A DNA stretch of 64,000 nt from positions 896,001 to 960,000 of the forward strand of contig CBDCCK010000002.1 in NCBI GenBank assembly GCA_965214835.1. Reading direction: 5' to 3'. The position numbers and the translations under genes are program-made. This document shows positions 29,985-39,383 of the stretch, piece after piece. The notes beneath the pieces are model-generated. The model saw only the letters and a list, made by a program, of their open reading frames with translations, made no database searches and was not told where the DNA came from. This stretch comes from Nitrosopumilaceae archaeon. GTDB taxonomy: Archaea > Thermoproteota > Nitrososphaeria > Nitrososphaerales > Nitrosopumilaceae. Position 1 is the stretch's first letter; the number at the start of each line of letters is the position of its first letter.

Positions 29985-30457
29985 ACCCCGAGGCACCGTC
30001 TTTTTGTTCCTGTCCCCGTTAAAGCACATGTCGTTGTCTGAGAGTATCGTGGCAGGCGTGCCAAACCTACCTATGACATCCCTGAGCACGGCTACCGCAT
30101 TCTCAGAGGTGGCCTCGGTGAAGACCTGTGCTGCCACCATGCACCTAGAAGCATCATCCAGATACGTGGCCAGCTTGAGCCCCCTGAACCTAGGATCCTT
30201 CATCTCATGCCAGCCTGCGTGCCACATGGCATTAGAATAGATACGTTCATACTGCAGCCACTTCTTTTGGCATGACTTGGCATCTGATGCAGCAACGAGT
30301 CCCTGCTCCTTCATCATCCGATATACGCGATTGTAGCTTATAGCGTGACCTGCATCCTGCAGGCGCATGGCCGTACGCATCACGCCTATGTGCTTGAGTG
30401 TATGTCAAGGACTGCCTGCACCTAGTCTGACGGGGGTTGTTGCAAAAAAAAATTCAT

Positions 30458-31412
30458 GGTAATACGTAATCATTTGGCCGAGCAAAAAACAGATAATACG
30501 ACCAGCATTCGTGCAAGTCGTGCCTAGCACAGATCCAATAAAACTGGCCAACAGCATGTCAAAAAGTAGGGTCTATTTTCGGCACGCCAGATGGAATGGA
30601 AGGAGGACATGTCCCAAATGCGAGTGCAGGGGGGGGTCTATCACACAGGAGATCGATTCCGGTGTAAAAGATGCTGGTATAGGTTCGACGAGTTTACTGG
30701 CACATACTTGGCAAGGATCAGGCTTCCACCCAACACGGTAATCCTTCTGCTGTATCTGTTTTCGGTAGGAGTTCCGGCATACAGGCTACGATTTAGCATA
30801 AACGTCAGTCTTAGGTCCATAGAACATGCGTTCATGGTGTTTCGCGATGCCATATACGAGGCCGCAATCAGAGAGATGAAAATGCTGTCTGGAGACATAG
30901 AATTTGATGAGGCGATGTTCGGGGGACATCGTAAAGGAAAGCGTGGCTGGGGTGCCGAAGGCAAGACGATCGTATTTGGAATATATGCGAGAAGCGGACA
31001 GGTAATGACGTTTCCAGTACCTGACCGAAAACGCACCACTCTCCGGCCGCTGATCGAAAAGCACACCAAGGCAGGTTCGCTATACTATACAGACGAGCAT
31101 GCTGCATATGCGTTTCTCTCCACCAGGGGAATGCACAAGACGGTAACCCACAGCAACGACGAGTTTGTACGTGATGTAAATATCCACAGCAACGACGAGT
31201 TTGTACGTGATGTAAATATCCACATCAATGGAATGGAGGGGTTCTGGAGCTATGCCAAACACTGGATGTACCAGTACCGTGGGATTCGAAAACGGTACTT
31301 TCCCCTTTATTTGAAGGAGGTAGAGTTCAGATTCAACCATCGAGACGAGGATTTGTTTCCGGTATTGGTGGATCTGTTAGTAAATCGCTCGGCCAAATGA
31401 CTACGTATTACC
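30458..31412 (+). mobile_element. IS1595-family element (frameshifted transposase, about 30556-31400)
   Basis: IR GGTAATACGTAATCATTTGGCCGAGC and its reverse, flanked by AATTCAT. Zn ribbon CPKC..CKRC, EFDE, YTDE, HINGMEGFWS and YLKEVEFRFN. Confidence 0.92.
31149..31220 (+). repeat. Perfect 36-bp tandem duplication inside the IS1595 transposase
   Basis: CACAGCAACGACGAGTTTGTACGTGATGTAAATATC twice (HSNDEFVRDVNI x2). Confidence 0.95.
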
Positions 31413-31800
31413 AATTCATTTTTGGAATTCATGAAAACCGTTGAGATGCCATATGATTAGGCGTGCAAAAGGGCGAAAATTCAGAAAAACGTGCAGATTG
31501 GGTCAAACAAGTGGAGTTAGGCAACAACCCCGGTCTGACGGTACCGGGCGTAAACCCATCCCACGTGTCGTGGTGTCACATTCATGTCCCGGGTCAGTGA
31601 TGTGGCGCTCTTTTCCGGCAATTACGGCACAGGACGACATGATCTCCTTGTCCGACATTTTTCTTGTCACGTCTTTGATCGGCACAGTCTGAAATAATCC
31701 TCAAGTACGCCTAATCTCGGATGGAACTAATTTTCATACGATACACGCTTTTCAAGTAATATTAGAAAATTTTAAGAAAAGCAACAAATCCCCCTCTATT

Positions 31801-32232
31801 ATGAACCGTCTCGCGCTTGTAGCCATCGCCCTGTCACTGATAATGATATCCGTTCATGAGGCACAGGCCAAAGAGGCCCCAACCGAGCCCGGACCCCCGG
31901 CAATTCCGCAGCCAGAGCCCAAGCCGCAGCCCATACCCTCACCCGTACCCGAGCCGATAGAGGATCCGTTTCCAGAAGAGTCCGACTCGGAAAAGGTAAA
32001 ACGGCTGACCCGGGAAAACCAGGATCTCAGAGCTGCAAACTCCAAACTAGCTGCAGACATTGAGGTGCTAAAATCAGAGAAGCTGCAGCTGCAAAACAAA
32101 GTCGAGGAGCTGACTCTCTACATTGTGGAGCTGCATGGTGTGATCCAAGAGCAGCTAGACGAGATTCTTCTACTGACACAGCAGATCACACAGACGATCT
32201 TTGCGAACATGATTGCAGAGAACCGTGCGTGA
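31801..32232 (+). CDS. Secreted Pro-rich/coiled-coil hypothetical protein
   Basis: Signal peptide, PEPKPQPIPSPVPEP linker and heptad repeats. Confidence 0.75.
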   Translation: MNRLALVAIALSLIMISVHEAQAKEAPTEPGPPAIPQPEPKPQPIPSPVPEPIEDPFPEESDSEKVKRLTRENQDLRAANSKLAADIEVLKSEKLQLQNKVEELTLYIVELHGVIQEQLDEILLLTQQITQTIFANMIAENRA

Positions 32233-32235
32233 AGG

Positions 32236-32430
32236 TCATGCCTTTTTTATGGATTCCAGGGAGTGTCCCCTGTTGACGACCATCTGGATGACTGCACTGG
32301 CAGGATAGTCTATGCCGTGCTCCTCCTCAAAGTGGCTTCTCAGCTTTTCAACCAGCGAAACGCTTGGTTCCCCATCTAACTTGTAATCACACTCGAATCC
32401 ATAATCCTGGCATGAAAGTATTGTGCTCAC
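32236..32430 (-). CDS. DUF1059-like small metal-binding protein
   Basis: LSCQDYGFECDY...HFEEEHG. Confidence 0.8.
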   Translation of the reverse strand: MSTILSCQDYGFECDYKLDGEPSVSLVEKLRSHFEEEHGIDYPASAVIQMVVNRGHSLESIKKA

Positions 32431-32694
32431 TAGACGACCGTACTGGTCTGGATATAAAAATCATGACTGCGGCCCTGATCAGTTTGTTTTCTGCGTACCG
32501 TGTTTTTGCCATAACGCCCGACTCGGCTGGTCTGATGAAGGTCACGGGATCCGTGCCTCTGGCACCCGGGCATCCATACAAGTCCGCCACCCCTTAGTGC
32601 CTGTGAATGCCCCGGCTGCAGATGCTGGGGGCCCGTGCCGGGAATTTTTACCGTGCTAGCTGATCACCGGATCTGGAAATCCCCGCGGGGAGGA

Positions 32695-33006
32695 TCACCG
32701 GTGTAGTCTGTGCCAGCTGAGCCTCTTTTCTATGGCGTCAATATACTGGGAGCTAAAGTCACTGAACAGCCTTATCTTGCGCTGTGGAAGCGCCATTGCC
32801 CCCGGCCTTGAGTTGACCTCCCTGTGGACGCATATCTGCCGGATCTTTAACCCATCCAACTCCCCAACATCCCTTCCTTCCAGGCCTGCAGTCAGCTCCT
32901 TCATCTCTGACTCTAGCATCTGCCTTATCGCATCCAAATCTGGTTCTGCACCCAGTATCTCACGGACTTTGATTCTGCCAAACGCAAGATCATTGAGGCC
33001 CGTCAT
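32695..33006 (-). CDS. Hypothetical protein
   Basis: Likely start at MTGLNDLAF (approximate); REVNSRPGAMALPQRKI; divergent from the J-domain gene. Confidence 0.6.
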   Translation of the reverse strand: MTGLNDLAFGRIKVREILGAEPDLDAIRQMLESEMKELTAGLEGRDVGELDGLKIRQICVHREVNSRPGAMALPQRKIRLFSDFSSQYIDAIEKRLSWHRLHR

Positions 33007-33099
33007 TGCCCTAGGACTTATCCCGGTTCCTATAAACCCAGTTCCCACAAACCAAACATAATAAACTAGAAGTATGGTTTTCTTCAAGGGTAATCCTGT

Positions 33100-34245
33100 A
33101 TGGAGAGTAACTTTGAGATTTTGGGCATTTCTAATGATTCCACACAGCATGAAATCCGGGAGGCATTTCGAAAACTGGCACTGAGGCACCACTCGGATCG
33201 CGGAGGCGAGGACGAGCAGTTTAAAAAAATCAAGCAGGCATACGAGGATCTAAAGCTCGGAAAAAAATACCCCGATACGGACGAGGAGCAAAAGAGAAAG
33301 TCCAGGGTCTACTCCGGAGATTCGGATGATGATATCATAAAAAAGAACAGGCTTCTTGCAGAGGAGATCTCAAGGGACATGAAAAACGCAGAGGAGTGGA
33401 TCGCCGCGCTCAGCCGCTCCAACTCAAGCGACACGCGTCTTTTTGGATCAAAGACGCTGGGGGAAATCGAGTTTGAAAGAAAGACATCGGGGGCAGTTTC
33501 CATCAGGGGCAACTACATGGCAGGAAGGCTGACCTATGACGGGCCTATACTCATGCAGGGCAACGTCACAAGCCCCTCGTGGAGTCCCGAGCACTCCACC
33601 GTGATCAGACTCACCAGGGGCGACTTTAAGATGGTAAATCCGATAGACAACAAGTACAAGGTTGAAAACGGCTCCAAGATCGTAGTTGATGACGGGGACA
33701 TTGTTATTGGAAACGCGTTTGGCAGAAAGGATCGGATACAGGATCCGGGCGGAAGGGTGGGACTGTACAACACAAGGGAGCACAGGACCGAGCTCAACGC
33801 CCCAAACGGCAAGGTAATCATTGAAAATGCAGTCAATACCGTGTCAATCAATGGGGATACCGTAATCGCGCTGAACCTAGAAGATGATGTAAAATTACGG
33901 GGAAGGGAGATCCTGATTTATGGCAGCAAGGTGACATACGACGTGGAGATCGAGCTGGCAAAAAACGGGACGCTTCGCTTCTTTGAGGGCTTTTCCGTCC
34001 AGGGACTGAGTGATGACTGCTTTATCAAGCTTGACAACGGGAAGTCCATCAGGATGTATGACATCAAGACCAAGAGAATCAGGGATTTGCCTAGGGAATT
34101 TGTCCCAAATTCGGGCAGCTTCGGCAGGGACGATACCATGGTGGGCAAGGGATTCACCATAACATATGACATGCTGGATGGTCTGGCAAGACCTGCGAGC
34201 AAATCCGGCGGCTGGGCGTCCCGGCTTGGATTTGGCAGGGACTGA
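33100..34245 (+). CDS. J-domain (DnaJ-like) protein with beta-rich C-terminal region
   Basis: FEILGIS...IREAFRKLALRHHSDRGG...FKKIKQAYEDL. Confidence 0.85.
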   Translation: MESNFEILGISNDSTQHEIREAFRKLALRHHSDRGGEDEQFKKIKQAYEDLKLGKKYPDTDEEQKRKSRVYSGDSDDDIIKKNRLLAEEISRDMKNAEEWIAALSRSNSSDTRLFGSKTLGEIEFERKTSGAVSIRGNYMAGRLTYDGPILMQGNVTSPSWSPEHSTVIRLTRGDFKMVNPIDNKYKVENGSKIVVDDGDIVIGNAFGRKDRIQDPGGRVGLYNTREHRTELNAPNGKVIIENAVNTVSINGDTVIALNLEDDVKLRGREILIYGSKVTYDVEIELAKNGTLRFFEGFSVQGLSDDCFIKLDNGKSIRMYDIKTKRIRDLPREFVPNSGSFGRDDTMVGKGFTITYDMLDGLARPASKSGGWASRLGFGRD

Positions 34246-34288
34246 CACTGCTAGTTGAGGAAAAATAAATTAAAAATGATTGGACGTT

Positions 34289-34588
34289 CTAGTCGACTAG
34301 TTCAGTCCAACCTTTCACGAAGACAGAGTTCTTGTAGAGTGGAACCGGTTGTCCAACGGTAAAGTCCATCGGCCTCATCCAGAATATTGCCTTTGTTGGG
34401 CAAACGCCGATGCATGCCCCATCGGAGATGCATCTTTCCGGGTAAAAGACAAACGCCTTACCTCTCTTCCAGCCTTCTACTGGTTTTACTCTAAGGACAT
34501 CAGGACCTAGTGACGTACAGATTTCCACACAGAGTGCGCATCCGATACACATTTGTTCGCTGATGTCAGGAATAATTCCTACTGGCAT
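34289..34588 (-). CDS. 4Fe-4S dicluster-type ferredoxin
   Basis: CIGCALCVEIC and CISDGACIGVCP. Confidence 0.92.
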   Translation of the reverse strand: MPVGIIPDISEQMCIGCALCVEICTSLGPDVLRVKPVEGWKRGKAFVFYPERCISDGACIGVCPTKAIFWMRPMDFTVGQPVPLYKNSVFVKGWTELVD

Positions 34589-34693
34589 AACGATATTTTT
34601 CAGGAATCGGATCTTAATATAACTTGCCCAAAAACGGGAGATTATAACGGCGTTTGTGAATTTTATAACACCGTTTGAAATCCTGATCGCGTT

Positions 34694-35266
34694 TTACAGG
34701 CAAAAGACTTTCTCGGTACTGTTTTCCCTCGAGAGCGCCTCAAGCTGAATGCCGTTTTGCCTGCGCACAAAAAATTTCGAGATCAGTCCGGAATCCAAGA
34801 CGTGCCTTCCAGTGGGATGCAGTATCCAGCCCTCGCCCTCCCTGAGCCTTGCCACGCTACAGAGGAAGATCTTCCCCCCCGCAGCTCTGATGGAGCTTGA
34901 CAGCATCATCATGCACGAGTTTGCATACATTCCCGAATCCCTTTCATCAAACACGCTAAAAAACCCGTTTAGCGAGTCAACGATCAGAACCGTCTGCTGC
35001 GAGGATGCACGCGTGGCCAGCTCCTTGAACGTACCCACCCAGTTCTGCCTGTCGGGGGAATAAATCCGCAGGTTGTCCCCCCTTGGAACCATCTCCGAGT
35101 TTACGTATCCAGTAAACAACTGATCAAAGTCCAGCAGCATGACCGGGTCCGTGCAGGCGCCAATTATTCTCCCTATTGCCGCCTCCTTGGCAAAGGCGTC
35201 ATGGCACAGGACCGAGTTGACATGGTTTGGAAAGCAAGCCAGCACACCGTCAGGATTTTTATCCAA
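34694..35266 (-). CDS. Hypothetical protein, degenerate RecA/P-loop-like
   Basis: MLLDFD and VLIVDSLNGF strands are present, but no intact Walker A. Confidence 0.55.
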   Translation of the reverse strand: MDKNPDGVLACFPNHVNSVLCHDAFAKEAAIGRIIGACTDPVMLLDFDQLFTGYVNSEMVPRGDNLRIYSPDRQNWVGTFKELATRASSQQTVLIVDSLNGFFSVFDERDSGMYANSCMMMLSSSIRAAGGKIFLCSVARLREGEGWILHPTGRHVLDSGLISKFFVRRQNGIQLEALSRENSTEKVFCL

Positions 35267-35295
35267 CAGAAGCCCATTCCCCTGCAGATATAATA

Positions 35296-36450
35296 ATGAA
35301 CTTGGATTCAGACGACATCATAAGCGACTTTGTCCACGGGGATAAAATTTACCTGAACAGCGCCTCGGTCTCCCTGATGCCCGTACAAAGCGTGGACGCA
35401 ATGAGGGAGTTTCTGGTACAATACAGCTCGATTGGACCCGATTCTGCATCATCGGGATCCTTCGTGGCTGAAAAATTCAGGAGCGCCAGGAAGGTAATAT
35501 CCCAGATCATCAACTCCGAGCCCGACGAGGTGGTCATGACCCAGAGCGTGACTGACGGGGTAAACCTCGTCGCAAGCGGCCTTTCGGTCTCGCCCAGCTC
35601 GGAGATCATCATCAGGGGGCTGTCCCACGAGCATCATGCAAACTTTTACCCCTGGCTGAAGCTTGGCAAAAAATGTAGGCTGCGAAACATCGAAATCGAC
35701 AAGAACGGATTCTTCGATCTTGACTGCCTGCAAAGAGCGCTAAATCCAGACACAAAGCTGGTTGCGCTGAGCCATGCGCTGTACAACACGGGGGCCATTC
35801 TGCCCGTGGAGCGGGCAGGCCACCTTGCAAGCGAGAGACAGGTTCCGTACTTTGTTGATGCGGCCCAGACGGTCGGCTGCACGAATCTTGCAGATGTCAA
35901 AAGGATCAGGTGCGACTTTATGTCCTTTAACGGCTCAAAGTGGCTGTGCGGCCCGATGGGCACCGGGATTTTCTACTGCAGGCGGCAGTCAGGCGGGCTG
36001 CTAGAGCCGGCAGCCATCGGCGGCGAGTCTGCAATTCTGCATGAGGATGACCGGCTGGCATACAGGGGGCTGCCCTACAAATTCCAGACGGGATTTAGGA
36101 ACTATGTCGGCCTGGTAGGTCTAGAGTCGTCGGCAAGATACGTATCCGGATTCGGGCTAGACAACATACGCAAAAAAATCACCGGGCTTGCGGGCCTTCT
36201 CCGCCAAGAGCTGCAGAAAATTCCCGGCGTCACCTTGTACGGGCCGGCCGAGGAGGAGCGGCGCACCAGCATAGTCTCCTTCTCGATTGACGGCCTTGAG
36301 CCAAAATACGTGGCTGAAAGGCTTGACAAGGACGGCGTTGTACTGGCGGTACGTGAAATCATGGAGCGCAAAATAGTCCGCGCCTCGCCGCACCTGTTCA
36401 ACTCCGAGCACGAGATGCTCAGGGTCGCCGAGCTGGTAAGGAGGCTATGA
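35296..36450 (+). CDS. Class V PLP-dependent aminotransferase (cysteine desulfurase-like)
   Basis: IYLNSAS, EHHAN, VDAAQ, NGSKWLCGPMGTG and RASPHLFN. Confidence 0.9.
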   Translation: MNLDSDDIISDFVHGDKIYLNSASVSLMPVQSVDAMREFLVQYSSIGPDSASSGSFVAEKFRSARKVISQIINSEPDEVVMTQSVTDGVNLVASGLSVSPSSEIIIRGLSHEHHANFYPWLKLGKKCRLRNIEIDKNGFFDLDCLQRALNPDTKLVALSHALYNTGAILPVERAGHLASERQVPYFVDAAQTVGCTNLADVKRIRCDFMSFNGSKWLCGPMGTGIFYCRRQSGGLLEPAAIGGESAILHEDDRLAYRGLPYKFQTGFRNYVGLVGLESSARYVSGFGLDNIRKKITGLAGLLRQELQKIPGVTLYGPAEEERRTSIVSFSIDGLEPKYVAERLDKDGVVLAVREIMERKIVRASPHLFNSEHEMLRVAELVRRL

Positions 36451-36705
36451 TCCTCCCTGCTCCTCGATGACCATCATCGTCAGCGTCGACTGGACCTTGG
36501 GAATCTTTCTGATCTTGTTGGTAATGACTGAGCGGAGAAGATCCGCCCTGTCTGCGGTTACCTTTATCACGATATCATACACGCCATAAACCCCCTGAAC
36601 CTCGTACCTTAGCTCGTTTTCGGCATCCAGAATCTGCCTGACCTCCGCAATGATTGACTCGTCTGAGCCCAGGTCTGAATTCAGCAGGACGTACGCAGTA
36701 GGCAC
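36445..36705 (-). CDS. Lrp/AsnC ligand-binding (RAM) domain protein
   Basis: AYVLLN...VYGVYDIVIKV...IRKIPKVQSTLTM. Confidence 0.9.
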   Translation of the reverse strand: MPTAYVLLNSDLGSDESIIAEVRQILDAENELRYEVQGVYGVYDIVIKVTADRADLLRSVITNKIRKIPKVQSTLTMMVIEEQGGS

Positions 36706-36784
36706 ACTCGGGATTGCCCATGTGAATATTTAACCTTTGATTAGATCAAAAAACGATTTATCCTGACCCTGCCTACCCAACTGC

Positions 36785-37426
36785 ATGCTGGTAGACCTCA
36801 CACTGCCCATATCCGAGGACCTGCCGGGCTTTCCCGGCTCGCCTGCCCCGGGGTTTCTAAGCTGGTCTGATCTCAAGGAGGACGGCTACAACCTGGAGCT
36901 GCTGTTCATGAGCAGCCACTCTGGCACCCATATTGACGCCCCGTACCATTTTGTGCGCAACGGGCAGACCGTAGACGAGGTTCCCGTAGAGCGCCTGATG
37001 AGGACCGCAATCCTGATAAAAGCCCCCAAGGCGGCAAACGGGGAGATCTCCAAGTCCGACATTATATCATTTGAGCAAAAAAACAGAGTCATTCCGGATC
37101 AGAGCACGGTAATCTTTCACACAGGCTGGCAGAAAAACCTGTCTCGGAAAAACTATTTCACGCAAAACCCCGGACTCTCAAAGGCTGCCGCAAGGTACCT
37201 GGCCTCCAAGCATACCAACCTCGTAGGCATCGACTCGCCCAGCATTGATCCCGGAAGGGATCACGGATTCGGCGCGCATCACCTTCTCTTGAAAAACGAC
37301 ATCCTGATAGTGGAGAACCTCTCAAACCTGGAAAAGATCAGGCAGGTCGAGTTTTCCTTTACCGCCCTGCCCCTGAGGCTGAACGGCGCCTCGGGCTCGC
37401 CGGTAAGGGCCGTTGGGGCCTATTGA
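36785..37426 (+). CDS. Cyclase family (kynurenine formamidase-like) protein
   Basis: HSGTHIDAPYHF, GIDSPS, ENL and GSPVRA. Confidence 0.92.
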   Translation: MLVDLTLPISEDLPGFPGSPAPGFLSWSDLKEDGYNLELLFMSSHSGTHIDAPYHFVRNGQTVDEVPVERLMRTAILIKAPKAANGEISKSDIISFEQKNRVIPDQSTVIFHTGWQKNLSRKNYFTQNPGLSKAAARYLASKHTNLVGIDSPSIDPGRDHGFGAHHLLLKNDILIVENLSNLEKIRQVEFSFTALPLRLNGASGSPVRAVGAY

Positions 37427-38475
37427 ACCAGATGAAGGCGGTTTCTCTTGTAGTCTTTTGCCAGCCTGCCCGTTATTGGAATCGGATGCCCGCACCTGCA
37501 CGCGTTGTCGGGATCCAGATTCCACTCCTCTATGTCAAACCCGTGCCTCTTGACTGCTATGGCGCCGCACTCCGGGCAGTAGGTGTGCTCTAGGGGGTGG
37601 CCCGGGACGTTTCCTAGGTATGCATACTGCAGGCCCTCCTCCTTGGCAATCCGGTGGTGCCTCTCCAGCGTCTCGATCGGCGTCTGCCCGAACTCCATCA
37701 TCTTATAGTCCGGATGAAACCTCAGAAAATGAATCGGCATGTCTGGGCCGAACTCGTCGTATACGAACCTGCACAGCCTTCTCGCATACTCCAGGCTGTC
37801 CCCCACCCCGGGAACTATCAAATCCGTGATTTCCACGTGGATGTCGGTCTTGTCCCTTATCTCCACCAGCGAGTCAAAGACCGGCCCCGGATCCGGCACC
37901 CCTATGTATCTCCTGGTAAAGACCGGCTCTGCGCTTCCCTTGAAATCCACCGTTATGCAGTCAAGGAACTCGGACATCATCTTGACGGTATCGGGGGTGT
38001 CGTATCCGTTTGAGACAAAAACGTTGTACAGTCCGTTTTCCCTGGCCAGGATCCCGCAGTCCCGGGCAAACTCGATGAAGATGGACGGCTCGTTGTACGT
38101 GTATGCTATGCCGTCTGCGTTGTTCCAAAGCGCCTCCTGCACCACCTGCAGGGGGGTCATGTCGGCCCCCTCCACCTTTCGCCTCTGGCTGATGTCGTGG
38201 TTCTGGCAGTATCTGCACAGCCAGTTGCACCCGGCAGTCGCAATCGAGAAGACCCTCGAGCCCGGCCTATAGTGCACGACCGGCTTTTTCTCCACGGGGT
38301 CAACATGTCCTGCGATGACCTTTCCATATGCGAACAGCTCCAGTTTTCCGGAGACGTTGCCCCTTATCCCGCAGAGCCCTATCTGGCCCTTTCCGATTTC
38401 ACAGTACCTTGCACATGCAGTACAGCGAACCCTTTGATCCCCCAGTTTCTCGTAAAGAGATGCCTCCTTGCCCAT
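37420..38475 (-). CDS. amrS: AmmeMemoRadiSam system radical SAM enzyme
   Basis: CTACARYC, DPVEKKP, GCNWLCRYCQN, YTYNEP, RFHP and TYCPEC. Confidence 0.92.
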   Translation of the reverse strand: MGKEASLYEKLGDQRVRCTACARYCEIGKGQIGLCGIRGNVSGKLELFAYGKVIAGHVDPVEKKPVVHYRPGSRVFSIATAGCNWLCRYCQNHDISQRRKVEGADMTPLQVVQEALWNNADGIAYTYNEPSIFIEFARDCGILARENGLYNVFVSNGYDTPDTVKMMSEFLDCITVDFKGSAEPVFTRRYIGVPDPGPVFDSLVEIRDKTDIHVEITDLIVPGVGDSLEYARRLCRFVYDEFGPDMPIHFLRFHPDYKMMEFGQTPIETLERHHRIAKEEGLQYAYLGNVPGHPLEHTYCPECGAIAVKRHGFDIEEWNLDPDNACRCGHPIPITGRLAKDYKRNRLHLVQ

Positions 38476-38551
38476 GGTTGATGTCAGTTTGCGTGAAATT
38501 TAAGCGGATCCCGCCGCAATCCTAAAACGGCGGTGACATCCCAGCCCAGCC

Positions 38552-39046
38552 ATGAGCAGACCCGGAAACATCTGGAGGAGGGTTCACGGCAGGATTACAA
38601 AAAAGCCGACCAACTTTTCATGGGTGATAGGGGGCAAGCTGGCAGGCTCTGGAATGCCCACCTCCCCTGCTGAGTTTGACTGGATAGTGGGACAGGGCAT
38701 ATCCTCGATTGTGACCATGACCGAGGGCGCCCTGCCTGAGGGCTGGACGCAAAAGGTGGACTATCTCCATGTTCCGACCCCCGATCTTACCGCGCCCGGC
38801 ATGGATGAGATCGACGCCGCCGTGGAGTTCATCCATGATCAGATCGGACGCAAAAAACCCGTACTGGTACACTGTGCTGCCGGGATGGGCCGCGCAGGCA
38901 CGATTCTTGCCTGCTACCACGTGAAATATCTCAGTTATTCGGGCCCCGCAGCAATCGAAAAGATACGCAGGGAGCGCCCGGGCTCGATTCAGTCTGACAT
39001 GCAGGAGATTGCCATCTCGCTGTATGAAAAGCACGTAAGGGGCTAG
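38552..39046 (+). CDS. Dual-specificity protein phosphatase
   Basis: VHCAAGMGRAG CX5R motif and RPGSIQ. Confidence 0.93.
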   Translation: MSRPGNIWRRVHGRITKKPTNFSWVIGGKLAGSGMPTSPAEFDWIVGQGISSIVTMTEGALPEGWTQKVDYLHVPTPDLTAPGMDEIDAAVEFIHDQIGRKKPVLVHCAAGMGRAGTILACYHVKYLSYSGPAAIEKIRRERPGSIQSDMQEIAISLYEKHVRG

Positions 39047-39189
39047 TTCTGGACCAGCTCGGAGACCAGTTTTCCATCCACGACGGTTATCCTGACGGAC
39101 TTGTTTTCCTGAAAGACCAAGACAAGCTCGCCGTCTGCCTCCTCGACCTTTACAAGCTCGACCATCTTTATCGGATCAAATTTCCCCAT
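39043..39189 (-). CDS. Small hypothetical protein (48 aa)
   Basis: Hand translation MGKFDPIKMVELVKVEEADGELVLVFQENKSVRITVVDGKLVSELVQN. Confidence 0.7.
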   Translation of the reverse strand: MGKFDPIKMVELVKVEEADGELVLVFQENKSVRITVVDGKLVSELVQN

Positions 39190-39201
39190 TTCTGACCCCC
39201 T

Positions 39202-39354
39202 CTATTCCGGTATTGAGACGGTTTCAATCCTTCCGTCACTGGCCTTTATGAACATGAACCTGTTGTCCTTGAAGATGATCGTTATTCCGCCCTCCTTGTC
39301 CGGCTCCTCGACCTCAAGTACCGGCTGTCCCAAGAGTCCGTCGTATTTTGCCAT
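39202..39354 (-). CDS. Small hypothetical protein (50 aa)
   Basis: MAKYDGLLGQPVLEVEEPDKEGGITIIFKDNRFMFIKASDGRIETVSIPE. Confidence 0.72.
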   Translation of the reverse strand: MAKYDGLLGQPVLEVEEPDKEGGITIIFKDNRFMFIKASDGRIETVSIPE

Positions 39355-39383
39355 GGTTGTATACAGTCCCTGCTCCTTATATC

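Larger units (their letters stand above)
30433..31531. mobile_element. MITE family C, copy 2 (inverted), interrupted by IS1595
   Basis: GGGGTTGTTGC...GGCAACAACCCC ends; 31413-31531 is the reverse complement of copy 1; TSD (A/G)GTCTGACG. Confidence 0.82.
28336..31742 (-). pseudogene. IS481 element split by three direct insertions (one carrying a fourth)
   Basis: Fragments at 29985-30432 (YSNAMWH, LDDASR, ILSDN), 28661-28790 (PQTNGKL) and 28336-28523 (YNERRLH). An IR-like CTAATTTTC lies near 31727. Confidence 0.8.

Noticed and set aside
37420-38475. Complete AmmeMemoRadiSam system
   Set aside because: Only the radical SAM gene is here; no AMMECR1 or Memo partner was recognised in the window.
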